From assembly GCA_973895155.1 (NCBI GenBank), contig OZ316897.1, positions 17,580,457 through 17,644,456 on the forward strand: a stretch of 64,000 nucleotides of DNA. Reading direction: 5' to 3'. Made by a program: the position numbers and the translations under genes. Source of the stretch: Marsupella aquatica (lineage: Eukaryota; Plantae; Marchantiophyta). Under the pieces are notes generated by a model, which worked only from the letters and a program-made list of their open reading frames with translations, made no database searches and was not told the origin of the DNA. Shown in pieces: positions 36,701-50,100 of the stretch; within the stretch, counting starts at the first letter, position 1, and every line of letters starts with the position of its first letter.

Positions 36701-38592
36701 TACATATATTCTCTTGATTTCCTCAGTTTTCTCGTTAGGGTTTCAAGTTACTTTATTAATTAAGATTGTATTTACTTTCGTTGGCTCTCGACAATAGCTG
36801 GGTTTGTGCCGTTTGTTCATTCTCTGGATGCAAAACAGAAATGTAGGCTGCGGTTCACTAAGGTTTTGTTTTTCTTATACTGTGCTATGCGATGCTACGG
36901 TTAGATTGGTCAGTTGAGAACCTTTAGAAGACTGGGTTCTTACTAAAGAAGCCTTGCAAAGGCCAGGCAACTTCTGGGTAGGGCTTACTTTACTCTCTGT
37001 TATTAAAATAAAAGCCTCAGGGAAAATGTGAACCCTGCCCCAGAATTTATTGGACACAGGAAACCCTCCGACTGTGTTACAGATGGACCATGAAATTAAG
37101 AAAGCCTTGATGGGCAACATAATCCTATATAACAAACAGAGCCAGGCCGGAGACATGAGACCAAAAGCAGAAGAGGAGCCAGTAACTACTCAGAGAGCAG
37201 CATGATAGCACAGAGTTGAAACAGAAGATGAGCTTTAATTTGATATTAAGCTGGCGTCTACAGAATGACCTGAAACCCAGTGACAATACAATTACCAGGA
37301 TGGATCTCCATGCATGTATGCTGTGAGTAGATACTCCGTGATAGGGAATTGCCATATATAGCCGTGAATCGTTCTAGATCGAGCCTGGCATTGGACCATA
37401 AGAACGTTAACCCTTTCCTCTTAAATCTATGAATCTGTCGCCAAGAGTATATGCACAGTCGTGCCAACAGATGTTCCCTAACTTTACGTTACTGGGAATT
37501 CCCTGTCTTATACAAAGAGGTTGGGTTCTGTACATTCAAGTTAGGGAAATGTTACGCACTTATGCAGGCAATCCCTATCTACCTTGGGCTTTCCATACTT
37601 CGTTAAGTTCAACGCACTACTCTGAGAGAAACATACCTATCTGTATATTAGATGACTGATTTCCCCGGCGATTTCCCTGCCCAGTATTCATGGGGAAAAT
37701 GTGTGAAGCACATTCCAAATCGCATACTCAAGCCCGTTGGATGGTCACTCTAAGGCTAGGAACATCCTGCCTTCCATTGTAGGTTAAGAAAGACACTTTC
37801 TCCATGTATGTCATTGGCTAGTTACACTGTCTCCCGTTTAGTGACTCCTCAGGGGGTACAATTCGTAACCTTGGATATATAATTTCAAGAGGATTTGCGT
37901 CAGCACTGTTAGATCTCCACAGCTTACACTCCTCGGCACCCTTAGAGCTTCGTAGGTTGTGAAGGTGGGGAATACAGGTTTCCCCGCCTGTTCCCCTACA
38001 TGGCATTGGCTAATCACATTATGTCTAGTGCAGTGAGCACTCCCGAGGTGGTACAATTTGTAGCCTTGGATCATTTCAAGAGGATTTCCATCCGCACTGT
38101 GAGATCTCCACAGATTATGAAGGTGGGGAAACTGTTTTCTCCATAGGTTATGAAGGTGGGGAAAATGTTTTTCTTGTGTGTTTCCCTACCTAGCGTTGGC
38201 TAACCACGCTGTATCTATTCAAGTTCCCGGGTGCAGTTAGCACTCCCCAGGTGGTGCTATTTGTACCCTTGAATCCTTTGAAGATGATTTGCGTCGGCAC
38301 TGTCAAATTTCCATAAGTAGGTAAGGAAATACAATTTTCCCAATTTGTTTCCCGACAGGGTATTGGCAATTACTGACTGGCTCCATGTATCAACCAATTA
38401 GCCGTTCACATTTCCACCATTGATTATTTTCACATGATTTGCTAAGAACCACCTACCGAAAAAATACATTTCATGAGATTGACATATCCAACTATTTTGA
38501 GAATTCAATCAAATTAATTTAATTAATTACCTCAATCGAGGTTTGATTACTCAAAACAAAACTGGCAAACCTACATCTGGACACATATGTGG
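33791..38592 (+). repeat. Right arm of the inverted segmental duplication
   Basis: Reverse complement of ~16700-21567; starts exactly at the end of the Copia LTR. Confidence 0.95.
34642..36315 (+). CDS. Intronless B3-domain protein (~557 aa): acidic Ser/Thr-rich N-terminus plus two tandem ABI3/LAV-like B3 domains
   Basis: Uninterrupted ORF, first ATG 34642 (alternative 34672). B3 motifs EKLLTKTDVG...LLPKKSVE...WSMR...LKEGH and RKKLTKTD...GKKDVKTHFP...RVWTMR...RIYMLRNIRDFF...LKEGD. Confidence 0.85.
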   Translation: MSARNCHLSIMDHSISGYDQNRQGNSHVETGNVNTPGISPLLDIRTGNPTVHAQFHDSNLIIDINESNVHQSTSAVEITHKPTLQRGIVGTEQIPLRDRFGEQFREYFDAIWEDMPELEKVDADILESSPSTFGPLSVADYDISTAEVRDGILVITDSETPNAHPSISSSTSYSLREEVGCQIIEESTQNDVPMGSLEHDSDLASTVDARSTSDMMHSGLPSGHPPSSSITSATGRHAQQGQNLTSDTNGCDAQEHVFHSSSTQADTEVENVVDPVYENMPIDQGDAQQFKQMTTEPGWIGANQSPAGQLVGGSGNFATERLLVEKLLTKTDVGHDATGVLLPKKSVELNFGPVSSQLQLTLHDGAEAGKIWSMRLTATSSSESCTQYRLKDSIKYTNHHKLKEGHMLRICREEPGNRHILRFDKSIIKYMPASLGKDSTTVAWRQIIRKKLTKTDATLGMTCSGSIFLGKKDVKTHFPDVEDKGGYSVSFVDWEAERVWTMRLKFKSEVTAKRIYMLRNIRDFFVWHSLKEGDGLEIWKSASSPAGYALVVSKNTF

Positions 38593-40638
38593 TCCCCATG
38601 TAGGAAATCAAATTTATCCTATGATACGTGGGACTTGGACCTGGTTTTATGTTGGTATTTTTAAACCCTAGTAACAAAAAAGACAATCTTAGAGGAATTG
38701 TATGTTCCCCTTGTAATAAGAGGGGTTTGCTAATCTCTCATGTTCATCTAGGGGTTTGCACACTTACCTACAAACACTAGAACTGTCCATAATCTTTAAC
38801 CAAAGCATCAATTTTGGCTTTCCAAACACTGTCAATGAGTTCTAAATGGGTAACGATACATGATTGACATGGATGCTTGCACTCTATGTACAAAATGAAA
38901 ATGCACAAAAAAGAAATTAAAGCTGAACCCTAGTAAAAAAATTATAATCCACATTAATCTTTTCTCCCTAAAGTTTTTCCTTCTTGTTAAATCCCTAGAT
39001 TCAAAGTGGGGAATATTCCCTATCAAATGGGGTTGTGTTCAATTTACACACTTTGTGTTTTTCCCCACTTTAGTGTTAGCATCCTAGGGAAAAGGCCCAT
39101 AAGTGGGAGTTTTACCAACATGGGAGTGTGTCCATTCTGCCAAATTGCGGTGATTGCAATTACACCAGTAACAAAGGTTGACTACAAGATGGCCGGCACG
39201 AAGTCAAGGCTACCGAACAATGACAATACCTACATAAATCAGCATGCTATATATATATATCACCGTGGAATGTTGTAAAGAATCACTTCCTCGCTATTCT
39301 TGACAACATTTTCCGGCAAGAGCCTCTGAATTCCATCTCTCAGGGGTGGCGGGTCTAATAATCACTATTTTCTGAGTAATACACCATCTAGCCACCATGT
39401 TGAGCAGTTTTTCTTGATACTATATACCATTTTGTTGCCACTCAACAACTGAGAGTGTGCATCCTCTTGATCCTTTGTTGAAAATCACGGGCAAATTGTA
39501 GGTACATTTTCTTTGCCTGCATTCGTTCCCTTGCCTAGTCGTGGTCTTCTCAAGGTCGAATTGATAGCACCTATCCTCCATGTTGTTCCTGGTATTCTCA
39601 ATCTTAACCTTGCATTATTTATTGAAAACATGAAAAAGGCATAAACTGACCATTACTAATTCCCGGGCTATGCCGTAGCCATTAATCTTTTGCCAGAAAA
39701 GCAGATATACACTGCGGACCCAGCCATGTGGACCCAGGCCGCGGCAGCTTAATTAAGTAAATGCCAAACAGAAAATGTGTACCCAGGTGCTTCTGAGGCA
39801 GAAAAGAACGAACTATTACTAGACAGGTGCGTAAGTAGACTTGTGAACTGATTTCACAGACTCGTTTCCCCTATCAAAAAACAGGTCTTAGAAATATCTT
39901 AGACTTTGGGAAACAAGTAGTAAGAAAGCAGCCAAGTCTACATAAAACTGTGTCGAATTTAAAGGAACTCGGCCCATTTATAATCTAGCTTTGGCCAGAA
40001 CCATAGGCCCTCACTAAGGCAAATGTGATGAGACCTGTGACCGAAGGCCCCCAAGGTACTCCTTGTTATATATTGGAGGAACTTAACATTAAAATCTTCC
40101 TTGTTAGTTCTAAAAATAAATTTAACCACTACATGTATGTTAATTATCATAATCAGGCATATTTGGGATTTAAAATACCCTTCATTTATTATAAAAGAAA
40201 CTTTTTGCGAACTAAGAGATTCAATAAGGCATGAACAGTTTTAAAATAATGTGCTATTCAGTGGCGAGTACCCTGAACAAACTTACTGCCATAGAGCATT
40301 GGCACATGTGAAAGCCATTGGGACTTTAGCACACTGTAAACTTCACTAGACATCTCATTTATACTGGATTACATATCAAAGTGTTCTCCAGAAGATTCCA
40401 ACCAAATTTTGATCACTACAATCTGACATTAAGAGAGGTGACATTGCACTTAACAGGGTAGAGTCTAAGTCATCCACTACTCCAACCTCTACTGCGCCAC
40501 ATCCTATTGAGCCACAAATTCTTAATGTTGCTCCATACATATGGGATCGGAGCATCCACTTTTGAAAATTGAGAGCAAATATTACAAATATTTTCCCAAT
40601 ACTTTCATCACCCCACTTAACAAAAATCCATTAGGTTT

Positions 40639-40934
40639 CCCTGGGGAATCACTTAGAGTAAAACCCCTAAAACACGTGAGAACAAACCAATGAAATTTGA
40701 AAAAATAAATTAAAAAATAAATTCAATTAAAAATACCCTTGTACCCTTGATTATATGGCTTTGACAAATTTTTAAATACCTTGCTGAATATAAAAACTAA
40801 TATTTTTACCAAAATTGGATTTTTAAACGCCTTTAGTACAAATTTTTGATTATAATTATTACACCAACAAGATTAAAAAGAACCTTCATTTGTTCGCACC
40901 CCGTTCTAATAATCCAACGAGTGATTCCCCAGGG
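40639..40934. mobile_element. MITE family B (296 bp), 8-bp TSD
   Basis: TIR CCCTGGGGAATCACT / AGTGATTCCCCAGGG; perfect TSD TTAGGTTT. Confidence 0.9.
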
Positions 40935-41531
40935 TTAGGTTTCACTATTATCCTTCTTGAAATTAGAAGGACAAACTGTTTCATTAGCTAACATCACAAA
41001 AGAAGACCCGGATAGTCTCTCCAACCTTCCTACTAGGACTTGCTCCTTGGCAACAAGTTACATTACTCTTTGTAAATTGCGGTCATGCTTGAGCCCCCGC
41101 TCGGGCATTGGTACATCCACTCCGTATGTTTGATGTTTCAGACAATGTACTCCTAGTAGAATGCACCATACTGTTGCCGGGACTTTTGCAAGCCAATTTG
41201 CAGAACACAATGGAATAAAGACACATGAGGCAAGCCAAGTAACCCTCATCAGACCATTCACATGCAAATTAAGGGAGAATGTGTTGCCTATGGCATAAAG
41301 ATGTACATGATGAAATGGTGTCCATAAACCTCTCCATAATTATGCATATGGATTGAAGATGATAGATAGTTCCCGAGATAGTTATGGTTTGTTTTTCTTG
41401 TACATCATCTTGATAACAAATATAATTCCTCAGACAACAAATTATTATAGAGCTTACCCAAATCATTTTGGGTCTAGACAAAATCACAAGAATGCCTGAT
41501 CCAAGTGGAAGACATTTTGGACGACTAGGAT

Positions 41532-41755
41532 CTCGGGGGTTTCACTTCCACGAAAATGATACATCATGTGAGACAAAACAAAAATGGCACATCAGGTGCG
41601 ATGAAGTATATAGGGTCTTTCTATTGTTTCTAAGGTAGGACTTAAGGATTTTTGCAAAAGAACAATAGGGTCTTTAAATTCAATTTTGAAACTTATAAGA
41701 ATATTAGGCTCTTTTTAAACAAAATTTTAGAATATTACAACTTTATAGTGGTTGA
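41532..41755. mobile_element. Truncated MITE family A copy
   Basis: Starts CTCGGGGGTTTCACTTCCAC and aligns with 10109-10310; right TIR missing. Confidence 0.8.
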
Positions 41756-42879
41756 CCGGTGGACCAACTGCAGGTCCTAATGAGACCAGGATTGGGGGAC
41801 CTAGTACATTGTCCAGTGGATTGAGATCCTCCACTTGGACGTCACACCATCCACCAAACTTTGACCCTTTCTATTATATATATGAATCATGGTGAATCCT
41901 ACCACACTTTGTCTTTGCAAGATGTTAATTTCAAGTTGAATGCAGGTTGAATGGCAACATTTTGCGCCAACAACAAGGTCCCCTCTTTGAAAGTTGTCAC
42001 AACTTCCTGCCTATATAGTCCGCTTGATTAGCAACCTGTTTAGGGCCTGGAATGAGAGATATCCATTGCAAATGAACCTGTGCTTTGTTTGACTTTTGCT
42101 TGCACTTACAATCGCATAACTCAAAATCCATAGCTGCCAACAAGGTGGCACAGTCAACAAGTTCCAAAAATTCATAATTTAGCTCATTCCCTTTCATCAC
42201 ACTACTTTAGAGGAAAACTGTTCATAACAGTCAGAGCCGGTCAAATGCGAGGTATTCTATGTTGCGAGCAAACAGTAGATTTTGATAGCAAGGAGATTTT
42301 GATAGTGAGACAATAATGGCTCCAAATTTCAGTTGCTTTTTGGTGCCTTTTACATTTTGTGTGTTTTTCTAAAGACTCCAAATGGCTAGCGAGCTCGCTA
42401 GCAAAAAGGGAGTCCCCAAAAGGGATGTTACCAACCAGGTAGTTGATAGCGAGGCAGTTGCATGTAGAAAAATAGGGGTCATGCCAGAATTTTTTTTGCT
42501 CGTGTGAGGAAAATTTTTACTGTTTGCTCGCACGTTACAATTACCCGTCAGATGCAAGGGCATAGGCAAATGCCAGAAATTCTCTCTAAACACTAGAAGA
42601 AAACATGGCCCTTTATGACCAACCACTCAATGACGGAAATGAATAAATGACCAAAATTCCCAATGACACAAATTGAATGACGGGAGAATAACTGTCCAAA
42701 ATGACCAATTGACTGAAATGACAAAATGACAAATTATGCGTCATTTTGTCTAATGTCTGTAATGACAGAAACGACCAAAATGACTCAATTAGTATAAAAT
42801 GGTCAATTTAGACATACGTCTTAAATGACGCAACCAAATACAACATTGATATATCAATGTTTAGCACCATTGTAGTCAC

Positions 42880-43445
42880 TTTGGACAATGGTCATAAATG
42901 ACCAAAACCAATTTGGGTCGTTGTGGACAACGGTGATAAATGACAAAAAACTATTTTTGTCATTTTAACCAACAGTGTTAAATGACAAAAAACTATTTTT
43001 GTCATTTTAACCAACAGTGTTAAATGACAAAATCTAGGGTCAATCTAAAATCAAGATATATAATTAGTGTTTACAATAATATACAGTCATTATGGACTTG
43101 TCTCATAAATGACTAAATCTAGGGTCAATCTATTAAACTTCAGGATATATTAGTGTTTACAATAATATACAGTCATTATGGACTTGTCTCATAAATGACT
43201 AAATCTAGGGTCAATCTAAAAGTCAGGATATATCAATGTTTACAATAACATACAGTCATTATGGACTTGTTGCATAAATGACTACTTGTAGAGTCAATCT
43301 AAAAATCAAGATATATCAGTATTTACAACAATATACTGTCATTACAGACTTGAGTCATAAATGACTACTTATAGAGTCATTAAGGAATCCAGGATATATC
43401 AATGATTAAAATATTGGATAGTCATTGCGAACACTGGTCATAATT
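42880..43445. repeat. CACTA subterminal tandem repeats (~40-bp palindromic units, then ~85-bp units x5)
   Basis: aaatgacaaaaa-acta-tttttgtcattt hairpins; aaatgactaaatctagggtcaatct... repeats. Confidence 0.85.
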
Positions 43446-43479
43446 GTAGAGTCATTGAAGAATGCCAATGACTATAGTA

Positions 43480-46400
43480 AGGGTAATGTTGGCTGTCATA
43501 TGAGAGGTCATTGTGACCAAATGACTGCATATGTCATCATTCAAGACATCCCTCATGGTGTCATTATGGACCAGCAAAAATGACCATTTTTGGTCTACAA
43601 GCTTAAGGTGGGCCCGAGTGTGCCATGGGCCCTACATAGAGCTGAGAACCCCTCCACTAGGTGCGAGACACTATACAGACTCATCATTGTCCATCCACTA
43701 GTTGCGGCATAAACACTTTGGATGTACATGTTTTTGCGTTTACTTAATCATGATGCACCTTTGGGGAAATCACTCCCAAGTCATACGACTTTGGAGTGAT
43801 TTGCCAAAAGTGTCACCATGGATGCATACCATTGTATCCAAAGGCAAATGAAGCCATTTTTGTCTCTCCAAGAAGTAGTGGAACACCAATGGAAGGTTGT
43901 CATCCTTTGATGTAATTGTGTCATGTTTGTGTCGGTGTTTGGATGGAGAATATTCTATTTTGAAAATGAATAGTGATGGGGCACTCAAGGAGGTAGTGTA
44001 ATCTTCATTGGGTCATTTCTGAAAAAAATTGTGTCATAAATACCAACGACTACAAGTAGGGTCATTAAAACGGTCATATGGGAAGTCATATAAGTCAAAT
44101 GACTAGACTTCTTGTCATTTGAGGGGTCCCTTGTGCAGTCATTAAGCAGAAGAACAAATGACCAGTTTGGGGCTAGGGGCTGGAGGTGGGCCCTATAGTG
44201 CCATGGGGCCCCACATAGAGGTGAGAACCCCTCCACTAGGTGCAGGACACTATACTCATCATTGTCTATCCACTAGTTGCGGCATAAACACTTTGGACAC
44301 ATATTTTTGCGTTTACTTACTTAGGCATGATGCACCTATGGGGAAATCACTCCCAAGTCATAAACTTTGGAGTGATTTGCCAAAAGTGTCACCATGGATG
44401 CATACCATCGTATCCCAAGGCAAATGAAGCCATTTTTTGTCTCTCCAAGAAGTAGCGCAACACCAATGGAAGGCTGTCATCCTTCGATGTAATTGTGTCA
44501 TGTTTGCGTCAGTGTTTGGATGGGGATACTCCATTTTGCATATGAATAGTGTCGGGGAATTGTGAGTAGGTGTTGTAATCTTCATTGGGTCAGTTTGGAG
44601 TAATGATGTGTCATTAGTGCCAAAGATTGCAGTAAGGGTCATTTTGGCAGTCATTTTGGATGTCATTTGTGCCAAATGACTACATATGGGGTCATTAGAG
44701 AGGTCCCTCATGGTGTCATTATGAACCATCAAAAATGACCCGTTTGGGTCTAGGAGCTTAAGGTGGCCCTAGTGTGCCATGGGGCCCTACATGAAGGTGA
44801 CAACCTCTCCACTAGGTGCGGGGTACTATACCCACTATTCTCCAACCACTAGTTCTCCAACCACTAGTTGCACCATGAACACTTTGGAGCCATGTTTTTG
44901 CATTTTGTTAAGGCATGATGGAACCTTGGGGAAATCACTCCCAAGTCATACGACTTTGGAGTGATTTGCCAAAAGTGTCACCATGGATGCATACCATCAC
45001 ATCCAAAGGCAAATAAAAGTTGTTATTTTGTTCTCCAAGAGGTAGTGCAGTACCAATGGAATGGGCATGGTTGTTGTGCTTCCTTGTATGGTATGGGTGC
45101 AGGCTTAGGGAAGAGGAATATTCCAACCTTCCAAGGAATCTAAAGTGGGCTCTCTTTGGAGGTACTAGGGCCTTCATTGGGTCATTTGTGAACAATGGTG
45201 CGTCATAAATACCAATGACTACAAATGGGGTCATTGAAAAGTCTGTCATATGGGATGTCATATAAGTCAAATGACGGGACTTGTTGTCATTTGAGGGAGT
45301 CACTTGTGTAGTAATTGAAGACAAGCATAAATGACCAGTTTGGGCTAGGGGTTGGAGGTGGGCCCTAGAGTGCCATGTGGTCCAACATGGGGCTGACAAC
45401 CCCTCCACTATGTGCAGGATACTATATTTACTATTCTCCAACCATTAGTTCCACCATAATTAATGTTGAGTCATGTTTTTGCATTTACCTAAGGCATGAT
45501 GGAACTTTAGGGAAATCACTCCCAAGTCATATGGCTTTGGAGTGATTTGCCAAAAAGTGTCACCATGGATGTATACCACCACATTCAAAGTGAAATAATA
45601 GTTGTTTTCTTATTCTCCAATAGGTAGCGCCAAAACTAGTGGAAGGTTGTTGTCCTTCTATTTAACTATGTTATCTTTGTGCCGGTGTTCGGGTGAGGAA
45701 TATTCTATTAAATTGCAAAGGATTTGCACGGGGGCATTCCGAGAGGTAGTGTAATTTTCACTGGGTCATTTTGGATTAATGGTGTGTCCTTAATGCCAAT
45801 GACTGCAGTACGGGTCATTTTGGCAATCATATTGTAGGTCATTTGGACCAAATGACTACATATGTCGTCATTACAAAGGTCCCTCATGGTGTCATTATGG
45901 ACCAGCATAAATGACCAATTCGGGGCTGAGGGCTAGAAGTGGGCCCTAGACCGCCATTGGGCCCTACATGGAGCTGGCAACCTTTTCACTAGGTGCGTGA
46001 CACTATACTTACTATTCTCCAACCACTACTTGCGCCATGAACACTTTGGAGCCACGTTTTTGCGTTTACTTAAGGGATGATGCAACCTTGGGGAAATCAC
46101 TCCCAAGTCATACAACATTGGAGTGATTTGCCAAAAGTGTCACCATGGTTTAATACCATGGGTCCAAAGGCAAATGAAACCTTGTTTTGGTCTATCCAAG
46201 AGGTAGTACAACATCAATGGAATGAGCGTGGTAGTGGTACGGTGCTTCCCTCTAGTATGGTGTGTGTGCTGGTTAGAGGTATAGGAATATTCCAATTTTA
46301 TAAGGAATCTAGAGCTGGCTCTCTTTGAAGGTACTAGGGCCTTCATTGGGTCATTTTTGAACAAAGTTGTGTCATAAATACCAATGACTACAAGTAGGGT

Positions 46401-47170
46401 CATTGAAACGGTCACATTGGATGTCATATAAGTCAAAAGACTGGACTTGTGGTCATTTGAGAGGTCCCTTGTGCAATCATTTAGGAGAAGCACAAATGAC
46501 CTGTTTGGGGCTAGGGCCTAAAGGGGCCCTATATTGCCATGTGGCCCCACATAGGGCTTGCAACCCCTCCACTAGGTGCTGGATACTCTACTTACTATTC
46601 TCCAACCACTAGTTATACCATAATTAATGTTGAGGTATGTTTTTGCATTTACCTAAGACATGATGGAACTTTGGGGAAATCACTCCCAAGTCATACAACT
46701 TTGGAGTGATTTGCCAAAAGTGTCATCATGGAAGAATATCTTATGTTCCAAAGGCAAATGGAGCTATTTGTTTTGTTTCTCCAAGAGGTAGTGCAACACC
46801 AATGGAATGGAAATGGTTATCGTGCTTCCCTCTATGGTGCATGTGCGTGCGGGTTCAAGGTAGAAGAATATTCCAATTTTGCAAGGAATATAAGGCAGGC
46901 TCTTTTTGGAGGTACTATGGCACGAGTGGGTCATTTCTAAATAATTGGTGTCATAAATCAATGACTACAAACAGGGTCATTGAAATGGTCATATGGGATG
47001 TCATATAAGTCAAATGACTGGAATTGTTGTCATTTCAGGGGTCCCTTGTGCAGTCATTTAGGAGAAGCAGAAATGACTACAAGTAGGATCATTAACATGG
47101 TCATCTAGGTGTCATATAAGTCTAATGATTGGACTTGTGGTCAATTCAGGGGTCCTAGAACCAAATGACT
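43480..47170. repeat. ~582-bp satellite array (6-7 units) inside the CACTA
   Basis: Anchor AAATCACTCCCAAGTCATA at 43767, 44344, 44932, 45513, 46094 and 46677. Confidence 0.92.
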
Positions 47171-50100
47171 GGAATGTTTTGGTCATTCCTGGATATTTTG
47201 GTCATTTATGGAGGGAACCCACGTCAATTGGTGTGCATGATTGAACTTAGAGTTAATGTTATTACCCAATTTTAATGTATTTCACTTTAGGGTATGGCAA
47301 TATGGGGACCGGTCTCTTTAAGATGAGTTTATTTATGTTGTTCACCCATTTTAGGTATAGGGAAAACATTAGGGATAGGGGATGTCATAATATTTGCCTT
47401 AAAATGTAACTTGGCCTCGACATCAATAGAGCTTAAATACTTATATGATTGCCAAGTTGGGTAATATGAAAGTTAAATTAATGTTATTACCCAACATTAA
47501 GGAGTTCTTTTTAGCCATATACCTGCCAAAACCCTAAACCCTCAAGTCAGGCTTCCATGCCTTTCTAGCACGTATATGTCTTTCTTGGCATAATTCGGGC
47601 CAACTTAGATATTTTACCATTGCGGAGTATAGTGCACCGACAGCCTGGTTCTTCATTCTTCATTCTTCCACCAAGCTCGTTTCTCCCCCGTCGTTCGTCC
47701 ATTCCTCTTTTCCCTCATTTTATGTACGGGCCATTTACACCTCATTTACACCCTGTTTACACCTTATTTATAGGGCCTGAAAGTCAAACTGACACCTGGG
47801 TACATTTACTCATGTACCTATTCTCTTTACTAACTCAACTTGAGCACCCAACCCTTACACTACAAAGATCATCCAAATTTGACTTGGGTGTCAACAGGGT
47901 TCTAAAACATTGCTTTACAGGTTGTATTACACTCTGTTTTATATTGCTGTAAAGCTTGGTTATACGGTGTAAACCCGTACTCACTTCCCTCCTTCCTAAT
48001 TCAAACTCATCTTTCTCCACAAACATCGCGCTTGCTGCCTTTTGTTTCTAACGTTTCTAGCTATGGGTTCTCTTCAACTCTATCCACAATCGTCGCACTC
48101 GCCGCCTTACTGGTGCGGATCTTTTGAGCTATCATGGCTTCCCTTCGGAAATTATGGAGCTCTTCCTTTCATTCAAGTACTCAGACTGATCAAACGTAAG
48201 CTCTCTCTGAAATATTTTTGTCAGTTTGTTTTGTATTTTGTTTCCTTCAGTGTGTTGTGGTCCTTCCTGGTTACTTTCTTGAATGTCAATGGCAGATTTG
48301 CGGGGAGCTAATGTCCATAGGGTTTCTTCAAATTACCGGTTGCACTCCGGGGGTTGCACTTTCCCTCAATCTCTAATCCAATCTTTCAAAGAGACCCAAG
48401 CATGCTGCTATCTGCGCCTACCATACTCAGTTTTGACTTAAACATGGGTACTGCCAAACGTTTCTTGTTTAAGGCTCAATCCTCTTCCAGTTTTTTCCTC
48501 CCCACTACTACCACAAAGATTGGCTTCCGTCCATATGGTACCGTGCAACCCAAGCTCCAGTAGTTGTGAAAGTCGTGTGGGATCGCGGTTCCCTACAGAT
48601 GTCCAATTTTCATGAAAGGAAAGGGGTGAAGGAAGGAAGCTCGATTCAGTGTATTGCCGCTACCTAATTTGGTTTACAAGGATTCAATATTCTGTGGTGT
48701 CTATCTACATATCCCATCATCGATGTTTAGATTTAAGTTTTCATTCTCTGAAATCATCTTCAAATCAATTTTTCTCCAGACAAGTACGAATTGGAGGTTT
48801 TGTTCATGTGCGGATACCCGTGGATTCCTGTGGCCTTGAAGAGGAGACTTATCCAATCTCATTGACTTGCTGTGTTCTCATCTGGGAGACTGGGTCAAGA
48901 CGAAGGATTCACTGTTGACTGCTGGCAGTGAATCATTTCGTCAACAAGAAGTGGCAAGCGCTGTAAGTGTAGACATTCAAAGCATGCATTTCCAGATCTT
49001 TTACCTGATCTTGATAGATTATTTAATGTTTTAGAGAATGACTCAGGGGGAGCAACGTAAACAGGGAATCAATCATCCTTATTTACCGGAGGTCTGATGT
49101 ACAACGATCATTTTAATTAGTATGTTCTATTTATGCTAGCTGGTGGAACATTAGGATGGGATACCTGGCGGTCACATAATTAGGCTCAAAGTAAACATTA
49201 GTAAGATTGAGATTGAAGGAGTCGAGACCTTAGAGAAAGCTGATGATAAGTTAAAACAAAGCAAGGATGGCAACTTTGGCATTGAATTCTGCTACAAGGA
49301 TTGGATTTGTAGACATGGATGCAACAAGGGCGATTTGTGTGCTGGTGTGTCTCAATAATTTCTTTAATCAATCCACGTCTATTAATTTTGCCAAGTTTCT
49401 GTCTCCATCCCCGGCCCTGCCACCCATTTTGCTGCTTCAAGTCAGTGCCCCAAAAATCTACTTTTCCCTTCATTTCTCAAATGTTGTTTGAATGGATTGA
49501 TTGATTCCACATGATCCCATAGTTCCTTGCACTCCAGCTACGTCCTGGTTCCTGAGTTAAATTTCCAGGATTTGCTGTTGCCTTGTTTTGAAATCTGCAC
49601 TCCTTTGGCGTACCTCATGAAATATATAAGTGACTGATCTTATGAGTTGATTGATTTCTACTTCCGTTCGTACTGGACTGCCCTACAGTGGATCCTCATT
49701 GCATTTTTTTCCTTTCCTGTCTGCTGCGCTGATGTTGGCATCTACTTGTCTACGCCTACCCAAAACTCACTTGCTTGTAAATCCCCTTCTTGTAGCTCTC
49801 CTTTTGCCATTATTTTGTTGCTTGCCTCTGACAATTTGCATGCATGGCACTGCTACATTGTGCTTTTCTTACATATTAAAGGACTATTTTTACTTTACAT
49901 GAGGATTTACCTTTTTTATTTTAGGTGCAATCATTTGGGAATCAACTCATTTGACAGATCAATTTGTCTACATACAGGACTTTTCACAGCCAAGTTCAGA
50001 CCAATTGATGACGATCTTGTTGGGAGCAGGTAGCAATTCCTGCAGCTAAAGTGCCAGGAGTGGCGGTAAGGATTATGCAGCAAAAGAATTATTAAGTAAT

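Noticed and set aside
37145-37240. CAGAAGA motifs reminiscent of miR156/529
   Set aside because: Too many mismatches and no fold-back partner found
41058-42200. ORF scraps that might be transposase debris (GVHC motif)
   Set aside because: Similarity too weak to assign by eye
43767-46712. CRISPR-like regularly spaced palindromes
   Set aside because: Eukaryotic context, ~545-bp mutually homologous spacers and no cas genes; treated as a satellite
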